DNA from: an uncultured Spirochaetota bacterium
GTDB taxonomy: Bacteria; Spirochaetota; Spirochaetia; SZUA-6; Fen-1364
DNA: 64,000 nt
Direction: 5' to 3'
NCBI GenBank assembly: GCA_963734545.1
Contig: CAVTHO010000006.1
Coordinates: 224,001 to 288,000 of the forward strand
This document shows, one piece after another, positions 20,128-31,296 of the stretch. The position numbers and the translations under genes were made by a program. Position 1 is the first letter of the stretch. Each line of letters opens with the position of its first letter. The notes under the pieces are model-generated. The model did no database searches. It was not told the DNA's origin and was given only the letters and a program-made list of their open reading frames with translations.

Positions 20128-21222
20128 ATGGCAACCATAGAGCTTCAGAAGGTGGAGAAGAAGTTCGGCGATATGCACGCCGTCAAGCCGCTCGACCTGA
20201 CGATCAATGACGGCGAGTTCGTGGTCCTCCTGGGCCCCTCCGGGTGCGGGAAGACCACGACGCTGCGCATGATCTCGGGCCTGGAAGCCGTGACCGGGGG
20301 GAAGATCCTTCTCAACGGGAAGGACGTGACCTGGAAGCACCCCAGCGAGCGCGACATGGCTTTCGTGTTCCAGTTCTACGCCCTGTATTCCCACCTCTCC
20401 GTCCGGCAGAACATCGCTTTCCCGCTTCAGGCCCAGGGCCAGAAGAAGGACGTCGTCGACAAGCGGCTGAAGGAGGTCGTCGACATCCTCCGCATCGGGC
20501 ACCTCCTGCGCTCCCGGCCCGGCAAGCTGAGCGGCGGCGACCAGCAGCGGGTGGCGCTCGCGCGAGCCCTTGTCCGGCACCCGTCGGCGTTCCTGATGGA
20601 CGAGCCGTTGGGCGCGCTGGACGCGGAGATGCGCGAGTCCATGCGCGCCGAGATCAAGAACCTCCACATCGCTCAGCATGCCACGACGGTGTACGTCACG
20701 CACGACCAGGTCGAGGCCATGGCAATGGGAGACCGGGTCGTCGTGATGTCCGCCGCCGAGGTGCAGCAGGTAGGGACGCCCGTGGACGTCTACTACAATC
20801 CCGCCAATCTGTTCGTGGCGAGATTCATCGGCAGCCCCGGCATGAACCTCGTCAAGGGCACCTACTCCGAACACGCCGTGCACATGGCCGGGTGCGACAC
20901 GTACCCGGTGCCGGCAGCATGGCACGGACCGCTCGCACAGGCGCTGGGCGGGCAGGAAGAGGTGATCATCGGATTCCGGCCGGAAGCGGCGCGCGTGACC
21001 CCGGAGGGAAAGCTGGCCGGCGAGGTGTACGCCACTGAAATGCACGGCGGGTACACGGTGCTGCACGTGAACATCTGCGAAGGGGAGATAGTCCACATAC
21101 GGAGCAACCGGCAGACGAGCTATCCCATCGGCACGCTGGTCAAGATCGACATCGATCCGGAGATGGTGCGCTTCTTCAATCCGCGGACGGAAGCGGCGGT
21201 GCGCCGAGAGGGGGCGAAATGA
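20128..21222 (+). CDS. Sugar ABC transporter ATP-binding protein (MalK-like)
   Basis: Motifs GPSGCGKT, LSGGD, LMDEP and VTHDQ, plus a TOBE-like tail. Confidence 0.92.
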   Translation: MATIELQKVEKKFGDMHAVKPLDLTINDGEFVVLLGPSGCGKTTTLRMISGLEAVTGGKILLNGKDVTWKHPSERDMAFVFQFYALYSHLSVRQNIAFPLQAQGQKKDVVDKRLKEVVDILRIGHLLRSRPGKLSGGDQQRVALARALVRHPSAFLMDEPLGALDAEMRESMRAEIKNLHIAQHATTVYVTHDQVEAMAMGDRVVVMSAAEVQQVGTPVDVYYNPANLFVARFIGSPGMNLVKGTYSEHAVHMAGCDTYPVPAAWHGPLAQALGGQEEVIIGFRPEAARVTPEGKLAGEVYATEMHGGYTVLHVNICEGEIVHIRSNRQTSYPIGTLVKIDIDPEMVRFFNPRTEAAVRREGAK

Positions 21223-22277
21223 GCCGCGTGGAATTGCAGCACATCACGAAACGGTTCCCGAGGGTGACCGCGCTCAGCGACGTCTCCTTCAGCTTCGAGC
21301 ACGGAGAGTTCTTTGTCCTGCTCGGCCCGACCGGCGCGGGAAAGACGACGACCCTGCGCGTCATCGCGGGCCTGGAACGCCAGGATGAAGGTTCCATCCT
21401 CCTCGACGGCCAGCCCATCGATACCCGCACACCGGCCGAACGCGACGTGGCGTTCGTGTTCCAGCAGTACTCCCTGTACCCCACGATGAGCGTGTTCGAC
21501 AACCTGGCTTTTCCGCTGCGCTCGCCGATGCGCAATGTTCCTGAAGCCGAGATCAAGATCAAGGTGGAGGAGACGGCGGAGAAGCTCCGCATCACGCGCC
21601 TGCTCAATCGCAAGACGGCGCAGCTCTCCGGCGGCGAGATGCAGCGCGTTGCCATCGGCCGCGCCATCGTGCGCGAACCCCGCCTCTTTCTCATGGACGA
21701 GCCGCTGTCCAACCTCGACGCGAAGCTGCGGGAAGCGCTGCGCGTGGAGCTGAAGCATCTGCAGAAGACCCAGGGAAGCACGACGCTGTTCGTCACCCAC
21801 GACCAGATCGAGGCCCTGACCATGGCGGACCGTATCGGCGTTCTCAGCGAAGGCAGGATCGTGCAACAGGGCACGCCGGACGATATCTACGACCGGCCCG
21901 CCACCACATTCGTCGCGCAGATGGTCGGGACGCCCAAGATCAACCTCATGAGCGCCGCGCGGCGCGACGGCACCGTCCATGTGCCCGACGCCGGGCTCTC
22001 CCTGCCCGCGCCGCGCCGCGCCCTGCCGGATTCCTTCCTTCTGGGGATTCGACCTGAGGATATCCGGCCGGATCCCAGGGGCAGGTTCGGCGGCGCAGTG
22101 ACCCTGACCGAGCCTCTCGGCGTCGAAACGATTCTCCACGTCCGGACAGGGGAGCTGAATCTGCTCTGTCTCGTTCCGGGCATGGCCTCCCAGCGGACCG
22201 GGGAAGAGATCAGGTTCGACATCGTGCAGGAAAAGCTGCACTACTTCGGGAATGACCGGAAAAGGATTTCCGGGTAA
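21219..22277 (+). CDS. Second sugar ABC ATP-binding protein
   Basis: Motifs GPTGAGKT, LSGGE and LMDEPLSNLD. Confidence 0.92.
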   Translation: MSRVELQHITKRFPRVTALSDVSFSFEHGEFFVLLGPTGAGKTTTLRVIAGLERQDEGSILLDGQPIDTRTPAERDVAFVFQQYSLYPTMSVFDNLAFPLRSPMRNVPEAEIKIKVEETAEKLRITRLLNRKTAQLSGGEMQRVAIGRAIVREPRLFLMDEPLSNLDAKLREALRVELKHLQKTQGSTTLFVTHDQIEALTMADRIGVLSEGRIVQQGTPDDIYDRPATTFVAQMVGTPKINLMSAARRDGTVHVPDAGLSLPAPRRALPDSFLLGIRPEDIRPDPRGRFGGAVTLTEPLGVETILHVRTGELNLLCLVPGMASQRTGEEIRFDIVQEKLHYFGNDRKRISG

Positions 22278-22294
22278 GAGGTCCAGGAGCGAAT

Positions 22295-22735
22295 ATGACG
22301 AGAATACGATCCCTTATCCCCCTGAAGATGCTGATCGCGGCCGTGGTGCTGCTGGGCCTGAGCTTCGCGGCGCGCCCCCTGATCGTCGCCCTGGCCTCGC
22401 CGGAACAGGCGAACAATAATGTCCTCCTGATCGCGATTCCCTTCCTCCTCGTCTTTGTCCCGATCATCCTTGCCTACATGTCCCTCATCGTGTTCATCGG
22501 CAAGCTCATCGGCGGGAGGGTCCCCGAGACGGTCCATCGCGTCATCGAGTATGTTTTCATTGCGGGCATCTTTCTGGGCATCATCGGCATGTTCCAGCCG
22601 TGGGTGTTCGCGCTCTTCAAGATCAGCTTCATTCTCCTCCTGTTCAGCACGCTGGGTTTCATTCTCTGGAGCCACGTGATGGCAAGGAGGACGACACGCG
22701 AAAGCGCCAATAGCGGAGAGGCCCAACTCCGATGA
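22295..22735 (+). CDS. Hypothetical 4-TM membrane protein
   Basis: Four hydrophobic segments, an AGGAG RBS, and an ATGA overlap with the next gene. Confidence 0.75.
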   Translation: MTRIRSLIPLKMLIAAVVLLGLSFAARPLIVALASPEQANNNVLLIAIPFLLVFVPIILAYMSLIVFIGKLIGGRVPETVHRVIEYVFIAGIFLGIIGMFQPWVFALFKISFILLLFSTLGFILWSHVMARRTTRESANSGEAQLR

Positions 22736-23942
22736 GCACCCGTTCGATTGTGGAAAAGGCGCTGGCAGACGGGGGGGGAGTGCTCCGCCTGGAGCCGGCA
22801 TGGGTTGCGCGGGACTTCCTGCCCCCGGGGCGCCGGCTCGGTCTCAAAGAGAGCGAATACAACGTGGGCGAGCGCGGGTGGATCTGCGAGCGCTGGCTGG
22901 GCTCCACGACAAAGGCGGACAACAGGATCAGTCCCCCGGACGAGGGATTGAGCTATCTCGCCCTGGAAAACGCGCGGGTGACGCTGCGGGATGCGGTGGA
23001 GGCTGCCGGTGACCTTGTCATGGGCGGCGAGTACGCGAAAACCCACAAGGGGCTGGGACGGCTGGCCAAGATCTTCGATTTTGAAGCGCGTATTCCCTAT
23101 CACCTCCATCAGCGTCAGAAGGATTTGGAGAAGCTGGGCCGCACCGCCAAGGAGGAAGCCTACTACTTTCCGGACGGCGTCGACATGGGACCCCACCCGG
23201 AGACCTTCTTCGGCGTGCATCCTTCGATCGTGGAGCGCAAACAGTTCGACGTGCTCCTGCCCTACCTGGTGGAGTGGAAAGACGACCTGATCCTCCGCTA
23301 TGCGCGGGCGTACCTGCAGTGCCCTGACGAGGGGTTCCACCTGCCCTCGGGAGGCCTTCACGCGCCGGGCACCGCGCTCACCATCGAGCTGCAGGAGGAC
23401 TCGGATGTATTCGCAATGCTCCAGGCGCTGAACGCCGGGAAGATCATCTCCAAGGACCTGCTGTTCAAGGACGTGCACCCGGATGACCGCAAGCGGATCG
23501 GGGAGCGGGCCGTGCTCAACCAGGTCGACTGGGAGCTGAGCGGCGACCCCTTCTTCTACGAGAACCACCATACCTCGCCCCAGCCTGTCCCGGGCGCGAA
23601 ACAGCCGGGCGCAGAGGAGTACTGGATCTATTACAACACGCGCAAGTTCAGCGGAAAGAAGCTCGTGGTGAAGCCGGGCGCGAAGTTCACGAGCAGGGAC
23701 AACGGCGTCTACAACATCCTGGTGTGGCGCGGGGCCGGGCGCTTCGACGGCCACGACATTGCGGCGGGAGATTTCAAGCGAGGACGAGCTGCTCGTGTCC
23801 CACGCGCGGGCTAGCCGTGCCGTGCACGGTCGAAAACACGGGCCGCGAAGACCTGGTGATCATCAAGTTCTTCGGGCCTGACGTCAATCGCGATGTGCCG
23901 ATGATTCCCCGGTATGGAAACTGGCCGGGGCCGGGCAAATAA
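22732..23942 (+). CDS. Mannose-6-phosphate isomerase type I-like cupin, unknown substrate (frameshifts near 23775-23815)
   Basis: ERW, PYHLHQ, KEEAYY and LHAPG…IELQEDSD parallel the PMI-I metal motifs. The C-terminus VENTGREDLVIIKFFGP is in another frame. Confidence 0.7.
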
Positions 23943-23964
23943 AGCTTTCCTGGAGGAGGCGATC

Positions 23965-24858
23965 ATGGGTAAGAAGAAGATTTCCGTTGGCACCTGGGCA
24001 TACATCTGGGGCGGCTACGCGGACAAGCCCATCCCGTTCCCTGCGGTGGTGAAGAAGCTCAAGGAGCTGAAGTTCGACGGCATCGAGTTCGGCGCCTTTG
24101 CACCGCACCTGGAGCCGAACACCAGGGAGAAAAGGGCCGAGATCAAGAAGATGCTGGATGACGCCGGTCTCGGTATCTCGGGCGTTGCCGCTCCCTTCCC
24201 CTCCCCGGCAACATCGGGAAAGCAGAAATATCTGGATGCGGTGAAGGGCCACATCGACATGTGCCTCGAGATGGGCATTCCCAAGCTCCGGGTCGACGCG
24301 GTGGATCCGCCGACGGCCGTGCCGGGAGGCATGGATTACGAGGCGTGCTTTTCCACGGTCGCGGGGATCTGGCGTGAATCCGCCGAGCTCTGCGCGCGGA
24401 GCAAGATAAAGCTCGTCTGGGAGTTCGAGCCGGGCTTCATCTTCAACAAGCCGAGCGAGGTGGTGCGGATGGTGTACAAGGTCGACCACCCGAACTTCAC
24501 CGTCATGTTCGACTCCTGCCATGGCCACATGTGCGCCGTGGTGGGCGCGCGGCAGATGGGCAGGAAAGAGACGCTGCCGGGCGGCGTGGTCCAGTTCATC
24601 CACATGCTCACCGGAAAGATCGGGGCCGTGCATTTCATCGACTCGGACGGCACGCTGCACGACAACGAGACCAGCACCCACGCGCCGTTCGGCAAGGGAG
24701 TCCTCGACTTCGATGCCATTACCAAGGCTTTCCTCGATGCAGGCTACAACGACGAATGGTGGCCGATCGACCTTTGCTTCTGGTCCAACGCCCTCGAGGA
24801 AACCGCTCCGACCAAGGCATTCATGGACAAGCTGGTCAAGAAGTACGGCCAGACATAG
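23965..24858 (+). CDS. Sugar phosphate isomerase/epimerase (TIM barrel)
   Basis: Motifs FDGIEFG, WEFEP, MFDSCH, VHFIDSD and HAPFGKG. Confidence 0.85.
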   Translation: MGKKKISVGTWAYIWGGYADKPIPFPAVVKKLKELKFDGIEFGAFAPHLEPNTREKRAEIKKMLDDAGLGISGVAAPFPSPATSGKQKYLDAVKGHIDMCLEMGIPKLRVDAVDPPTAVPGGMDYEACFSTVAGIWRESAELCARSKIKLVWEFEPGFIFNKPSEVVRMVYKVDHPNFTVMFDSCHGHMCAVVGARQMGRKETLPGGVVQFIHMLTGKIGAVHFIDSDGTLHDNETSTHAPFGKGVLDFDAITKAFLDAGYNDEWWPIDLCFWSNALEETAPTKAFMDKLVKKYGQT

Positions 24859-24865
24859 AAACTGA

Positions 24866-24936
24866 AATGCACGGAGTACCGTGCCGCTCGAATGCACGGA
24901 GTACCGTGCCGCCCGAATGCACGGAGTACCGTGCCG
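24866..24936 (+). repeat. 25-bp tandem REP-like hairpin, 3 copies
   Basis: AATGCACGGAGTACCGTGCCGC(T/C)CG at 24866, 24891 and 24916. Stem GCACGG/CCGTGC with an AGTA loop. Confidence 0.9.
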
Positions 24937-25001
24937 TGCTGATCAGGGCCTGGCCGTCCGGGAAGGACGACCAGGCAAATTCATCAAAAGGAGGCGCGTC
25001 C

Positions 25002-26078
25002 ATGGCTGAAAAGATGAAAGCCCAGGTATTCTACGAAAAGGAGAAAATGGATCTGGAGGAAAGACCAGTCCCGCACGTGTCCGACATCGACGTGCTCGTG
25101 CGCGTCAAGAACTGCGGGGTGTGCGGATCAGATACTGCTTACTTTTTCGGAAACAGCCCGTTGGGCACTCCGAGTGGGAAGGGCCCCCTCGTGCTGGGCC
25201 ACGAGTTCACCGGAGAGGTCGTCGAGGTCGGGGCCGTGCCGAAGAGCATGAAGCTGTTCAAGCCAGGGGACCGCGTCGTGCTGAATCCGGTGCAGCACTG
25301 CAACGCCTGTTATGCCTGCGCATCGGGCCACACGAACCTGTGTACGAACCTCCTGGTCCTCGGCGTGGACCACGACGGTGGTCTGGCCGAGTACTGCGTC
25401 TCACGGTACACGGGCATGTTCAAGCTGCCGGACAATGTCAGCTACGCCTCCGGTGCAGTGACAGAACCCTTCGCCTGCGCCGTGTACGGCGTCAAGAAGC
25501 TCGCCGTCGAGCCCGGGCAATTCGTCGCCATCTTCGGGCCCGGCACCGTGGGGCTGATGATGCTGCAGATGTGCAAGTCCGTGGGGGCGGGCAAGGTCGC
25601 GCTCATCGGAACGCGCGACTACCTCCTGGAGACCGGCAAGAAATGGGGGGCGGACTACCTCTTCAACACCAAGGACACAAAGTCGAAGTACTACGTCAAA
25701 GACCTCAAGAAGGCCATCGCCGACGTCAACCACGGCATGCTCGCCGACAGGGCCATCACCCCGACGAGCTCCAATGATGCTTTCGAGCAGGCCATCGACA
25801 TCACGGGAAACGCCGCGATCCTCGTCCATTTCGGACTGCCGAGCGCCTCCGACGTGATCAAGGTGCCGGTGCTTTCCACGCATACGATGGACAAGGAAAT
25901 ACGGTTCTCCTGGCTGGCGCCGATGGTATGGCCTACCGCGATCCGAGCGATATCCGAAGGTCTGGTCACGCTCGACTCCTTCGTAACGAAAACCTACCCC
26001 CTGGCCAAGGCAGGCACCGCCCTGCGTGACCTCAAGGCCCGGGAAGGCGACCCGGTGAAAGTACAGGTAACTCCATGA
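25002..26078 (+). CDS. Zinc-dependent (MDR) sugar/polyol dehydrogenase
   Basis: Motifs CGVCGSD, LGHEF, the structural Zn site CNACYAC…C, and GPGTVG. Confidence 0.9.
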   Translation: MAEKMKAQVFYEKEKMDLEERPVPHVSDIDVLVRVKNCGVCGSDTAYFFGNSPLGTPSGKGPLVLGHEFTGEVVEVGAVPKSMKLFKPGDRVVLNPVQHCNACYACASGHTNLCTNLLVLGVDHDGGLAEYCVSRYTGMFKLPDNVSYASGAVTEPFACAVYGVKKLAVEPGQFVAIFGPGTVGLMMLQMCKSVGAGKVALIGTRDYLLETGKKWGADYLFNTKDTKSKYYVKDLKKAIADVNHGMLADRAITPTSSNDAFEQAIDITGNAAILVHFGLPSASDVIKVPVLSTHTMDKEIRFSWLAPMVWPTAIRAISEGLVTLDSFVTKTYPLAKAGTALRDLKAREGDPVKVQVTP

Positions 26079-26923
26079 TCACATACGGCATCAACACGTT
26101 CCTGTGGGCATCGCCCTTCAAGACCCAGCACCTTTCCTTCCTGGACAAGGCGAAATCGCTTGGCTTCGACCTGATGGAAATCCCCATCGAGGCGGAAGGG
26201 GACATCGACTACGCCAAAGCGGCGGAAGCGTACAAGAGATCCGGCCTGAAGTGCTCCCTCTGCGCCGTCATGGGCGCAGGCCGTGACCCCTCGCACGAGG
26301 ACGAGGCAATCCAGAAAGGCGGCATTGCATACCTGAAGCACTGCATCGACGCGGCTGTCACCCTCAACGCAACTGCCCTCGTGGGGCCGCTGTACGCGGC
26401 CGTGGGCCGCACCTGGCAGGCCACCCCGGACCAGCGCAAGCGCGACCTGGACCGCTGCGCGCGGAACCTGCAGATCGTGGCGCGCTACGCTGAGGACAAG
26501 GGAGTCACCCTCGCGATCGAGCCGCTGAACAGGTTCGAGACGAGCTTCATCAATCTCACCGAGCAGGCGCTGGAGCTGATCAAGATGATCGGCAGTCCCC
26601 GGGTCAAGCTCATGATGGACACCTTCCACGCGAACATCGAGGAGAAGAGCCTCGGCAAGGCCCTCGAGGCCGCGGGCGCGCTCACCGTGCACATGCACGC
26701 CAATGAAAACGACAGGGGCACCCCCGGCACCGGGCACGTGGCGTGGAAGGAGGTGGCGGCGGCCCTGAAGAAGGTGAAGTTCGACGGCTCGCTGGTCATC
26801 GAATCCTTCTCCACCGAGGTGAAGGAGATCGCGCGCGCCGCGGCGGTCTGGCGTCCCCTGGCGCCCACCGCGGACGGGCTTGCCAGGGACGGGTTGGCAT
26901 TCCTGAAGAAGCTGATGAAATAG
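26075..26923 (+). CDS. D-psicose/D-tagatose 3-epimerase family protein
   Basis: Motifs AIEPLNRFE, MDTFHANIEE, HANENDRG and VIESF. Confidence 0.85.
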   Translation: MITYGINTFLWASPFKTQHLSFLDKAKSLGFDLMEIPIEAEGDIDYAKAAEAYKRSGLKCSLCAVMGAGRDPSHEDEAIQKGGIAYLKHCIDAAVTLNATALVGPLYAAVGRTWQATPDQRKRDLDRCARNLQIVARYAEDKGVTLAIEPLNRFETSFINLTEQALELIKMIGSPRVKLMMDTFHANIEEKSLGKALEAAGALTVHMHANENDRGTPGTGHVAWKEVAAALKKVKFDGSLVIESFSTEVKEIARAAAVWRPLAPTADGLARDGLAFLKKLMK

Positions 26924-27020
26924 GGGCGGCCTGAAGGGCCGCCAAGACGGGGCTGGCCTTCGGCCAGCAAGAGGGGGGGCGGCCCCGCGGCCGCCAATAG
27001 GGATCGGCCCCGGGCCGCAA
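26924..27020 (+). repeat. Four consecutive GC-rich hairpins sharing GGCC…GGCC-(G/A)-CAA
   Basis: GGCGGCC-TGAAG-GGCCGCCAA; GCTGGCC-TTC-GGCCAGCAA; GGCGGCC-CCGC-GGCCGCCAA; CGGCCCCGGGCCGCAA. Confidence 0.7.
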
Positions 27021-27034
27021 AAAAGGAGAGAATC

Positions 27035-28035
27035 ATGCCGAGACCGGTAACGCTATTCACGGGCCAGTGGGCGGATCTGCCCCTGGAGACGCTGGCAAAA
27101 AAGGCCAGCGCATGGGGATTCGACGGGCTGGAGCTCGCCTGCTGGGGCGATCATTTCGACGCCACCACGGCACTGGAAAAGGATTCGTACGTGAAGGAGA
27201 AGCGGGCGCTGCTGGAAAAGAACCACCTGAAGTGCTTTGCCATCAGCACGCACCTGATCGGGCAGTGCGTGTGCCGATCCTATCGACGACACGGCACAAG
27301 CGCATCCTGTCGGCGCGGCTCTGGGGAGACGGCAAGCCGGAGGGCGTGCGCCAGCGCTGCGCGGAGGAAGTGAAGCACACCGCAAAGGCGGCAAAGCTCC
27401 TCGGCGTCGACGTGGTGAACGGATTCACCGGCAGCCCCGTGTGGGCAAAGCTGTACTTCTTTCCCCCGACGAACCAGGAGGACATCGACGCGGGCTACAA
27501 GGATTTCGCGGCGCGCTGGATCCCGATCCTGGATGCGTTCAAGAAGGAAGGAGTGAGGTTCGCCCTCGAAGTGCACCCCACGGAAATCGCGTACGACATC
27601 GTCACGGCGCGGCGCACCCTGGACGCGCTCAAGAACCACCCCTCATTCGGCTTCAACTTCGACCCGAGCCACTTCATCCACCAGTTCATCAACCCGGTGG
27701 CTTTCATCGAAGAGTTCCCGAAGCACATCTTCCACTGCCACGTGAAGGATTCCCGTCTGCAGCTCAACGGCCGCAACAGCATCCTTGGCTCCCACCTGGA
27801 CTTCGGCGACTCGCGGCGCGGCTGGGACTTCGTGTCCCCGGGCCGCGGCGACGTGAAGTGGGACCCGATTGTGCGGGCATTCAACCGCATCGGCTACAAG
27901 GGACCGCTCTCCATCGAGTGGGAAGACAGCGGCATGGACCGGGAATGGGGCGCGCCCGAAGCGCTGGCGATGATCCGCAAGCAGGACTTCGCGGCTTCCT
28001 CCGTGGCCTTCGATGCCGCCTTCGCGGCGAAGTGA
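27035..28035 (+). CDS. Sugar phosphate isomerase/epimerase (TIM barrel; frameshifted near 27270-27295)
   Basis: N-terminus [11 protein letters not shown]…[12 protein letters not shown], then FALEVHP, NFDPSH, HCHVKD and SIEWED. Confidence 0.85.
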
Positions 28036-28042
28036 GGACCGC

Positions 28043-29242
<1,200 letters not shown>

Positions 29243-29302
29243 CAGGGCGGGCTGCCGCGGCGGCGCCGGCATGGTTCCGCCGCCGCCCGCGGCCCGTCCC
29301 TG
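29243..29302 (+). terminator. Long imperfect GC hairpin at the end of the operon
   Basis: CAGGGCGGGCTGC…GCGGCGGCG pairs with CGCCGCCGC…GCGGCCCGTCCCTG; no U tract. Confidence 0.45.
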
Positions 29303-29320
29303 CAGCGGCTGCCTTGCACA

Positions 29321-30241
29321 ATGAGTGACCTGTCATTTCTGGGCAACTGGATCCATTCTCACGCGAGTCCCCGCACGGGGAGCGACGGCCGGCACGAGAT
29401 GGTCCGGGAGTTCGAACAGTTCTTCACCTACATCTTCAACAACTCCCCCGACGGCATCAGCATCCTGGGCCTGGATTTCACCATCCTCGGGGTGAATACC
29501 GCGATGGAGCGGTGGTACGAGCATGCCTCTCCGATCGTGGGAAGGAAATGCTACGAGGTCTATCACGGCCGCTCGGCCCCGTGTGACAACTGCCCCACCA
29601 ACGTCTCACTCAGATCCGGGAAGCCCCAGACCGGAATCGTCCCCTACGAGGGCCCCGATCGGGTTCGCGGCAGCCAGGAGCTCTCCGTCTTTCCCCTGTT
29701 CGACGATGAAGGACGGCTGTTCGGCCTCATCGAATACGTCCGCGAGATCACCGACCTCAACGAGGAGGAGCGGATCGTGGAGAACCTCAAGAGGAGGATC
29801 CAGTTCCAGGACCAGACGCTCCACGAGCAGGAGGTGGCGCTGGAGGTGGTCCTGCGCAGAGGCGACAAGGCCGCGCGGCGCGTGGCCAATGAGCTTGTGA
29901 GCAACATCAACCTCTTCATCGCCCCCCTGATCGGCCGGTTGAAGGAAAAGCTCGCGGGCACCGATTCGCTGGCGGATATCGAGCTGCTCGAAAACCGGCT
30001 CGCCCGGATCACTTCCCCCCTCATGAGCAGGCTGTCCACCGGGCATCGGCAGTTCACCGCGCGGGAGCGGGAGATCGCCGCCCTCATCATCGAGGGAAAG
30101 ACGAGCAAGGAGATTGCCGAACACCTCTGCCTGACGATAAAGGCCGTGGACTTCCATCGGATGAACCTGAGAAAGAAACTCCGTATGTCCAATTCCGGCC
30201 AGAGCCTCCAGGCACGGCTGTCCGAGCTGGAACAACCCTAG
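29321..30241 (+). CDS. PAS domain + LuxR-type HTH transcriptional regulator
   Basis: PAS with GRKCYEVYHGRSAPCDNCP, a coiled coil, and the HTH FTAREREIA…GKTSKEIAEHLCLTIKAVDFHRMNLRKKL. Confidence 0.9.
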   Translation: MSDLSFLGNWIHSHASPRTGSDGRHEMVREFEQFFTYIFNNSPDGISILGLDFTILGVNTAMERWYEHASPIVGRKCYEVYHGRSAPCDNCPTNVSLRSGKPQTGIVPYEGPDRVRGSQELSVFPLFDDEGRLFGLIEYVREITDLNEEERIVENLKRRIQFQDQTLHEQEVALEVVLRRGDKAARRVANELVSNINLFIAPLIGRLKEKLAGTDSLADIELLENRLARITSPLMSRLSTGHRQFTAREREIAALIIEGKTSKEIAEHLCLTIKAVDFHRMNLRKKLRMSNSGQSLQARLSELEQP

Positions 30242-30323
30242 CCGCGGCAGCCCTAGTCGCGGCAGCCCTAGTCGCGGCAGCCCTAGTCGCGGCAGCCCTA
30301 GTCGCGGCAGCCCTAGTCGCGGC
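30236..30323. repeat. 15-bp tandem repeat, about 6 copies
   Basis: CCCTAG(T/C)CGCGGCAG between convergent genes. The first copy contains the TAG stop of the LuxR gene. Confidence 0.95.
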
Positions 30324-30334
30324 GGTCGGCCCTG

Positions 30335-31276
30335 CTATTTGATGATCGAGACTTTCTTCCTGTCGAACGTGACCGCGACCGCGATGATGATGAGGACTCC
30401 CAGGAAGACCTGCTGGGCGTAGACATCGACGCCGATGACGGTCAACCCGTTGTTGAGGACTCCCATGATGAGGGCGCCGACGAGCGTGTTCACCACGCCC
30501 CCCGCACCCCCCGTCATCGCGGTTCCCCCGACGACCACGGTGGCAATGGAGTTCAGAACGTAGACGCCACCCATGGTCGGATATCCGGAATACAGGGTGG
30601 CGGAGAGGATGATGCCCGCCATTGCGGCTCCGAAGCCTGAAAACGTGAATGCCAGGGTGCGCGCCCTGTCGATCTTGAGACCAGAGAGATAGGACATTCT
30701 CTCGTTTGCCCCGATGTACATGATGCTGCGGCCCAGCTGCGTGAAGCGCTGCATGTAATAGAAGACAAGGTAGATCACCAGCCCGCTGATCCAGACTGCC
30801 TGCACGGGCCCGATGGCGCCGACGATGAGGTCGAGCAGGCCATAGGCATTGTCCGGTGCCGCGAGCGGTTCGGCGGAAAGAAGGTACGCGATGCTCAGGA
30901 GGATGCCCTGGGTGCCGAGGGTGGCGATGAACGACGGGATCTTCAGCTTGGAGACGATCACTCCGTTGACGAAGCCGGACGCGGTCCCGATGAGAATGAC
31001 CAGCGGATACGCCCACGGGCCGATCGGTCCGAGGGTCAGCATGAAGACCACCGAGACGAGAGACATGATGCTGCCCACCGAAAGGTCGATTCCGCCCGTC
31101 AGGATGACGCAGGCCTGGCCCAGGCCGACCGCGAGCAGTATGGCGGCCGCGTTGAGGATCGTGCCCGCATTGTAGACGGAGAGAAAGCTGGGGTTCACGA
31201 TCGTGAAGAGCGCGACGATCGCGACAAAGAGGCCGAGGGATATGTATAAGGGTTTTATCGTGATGGATCGCGTCAT
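30335..31276 (-). CDS. Monosaccharide ABC permease (RbsC-like)
   Basis: Motifs GGIDLSVG, IPSFIATLG, GANE and IATVVVGGT. Confidence 0.9.
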   Translation of the reverse strand: MTRSITIKPLYISLGLFVAIVALFTIVNPSFLSVYNAGTILNAAAILLAVGLGQACVILTGGIDLSVGSIMSLVSVVFMLTLGPIGPWAYPLVILIGTASGFVNGVIVSKLKIPSFIATLGTQGILLSIAYLLSAEPLAAPDNAYGLLDLIVGAIGPVQAVWISGLVIYLVFYYMQRFTQLGRSIMYIGANERMSYLSGLKIDRARTLAFTFSGFGAAMAGIILSATLYSGYPTMGGVYVLNSIATVVVGGTAMTGGAGGVVNTLVGALIMGVLNNGLTVIGVDVYAQQVFLGVLIIIAVAVTFDRKKVSIIK

Positions 31277-31296
31277 GAAGTGTACCTCTGCTCTCT

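Noticed and set aside
30087-31016. ORF with (AATRA)n peptide repeats
   Set aside because: An off-frame reading of the permease that runs through the 15-bp intergenic minisatellite.
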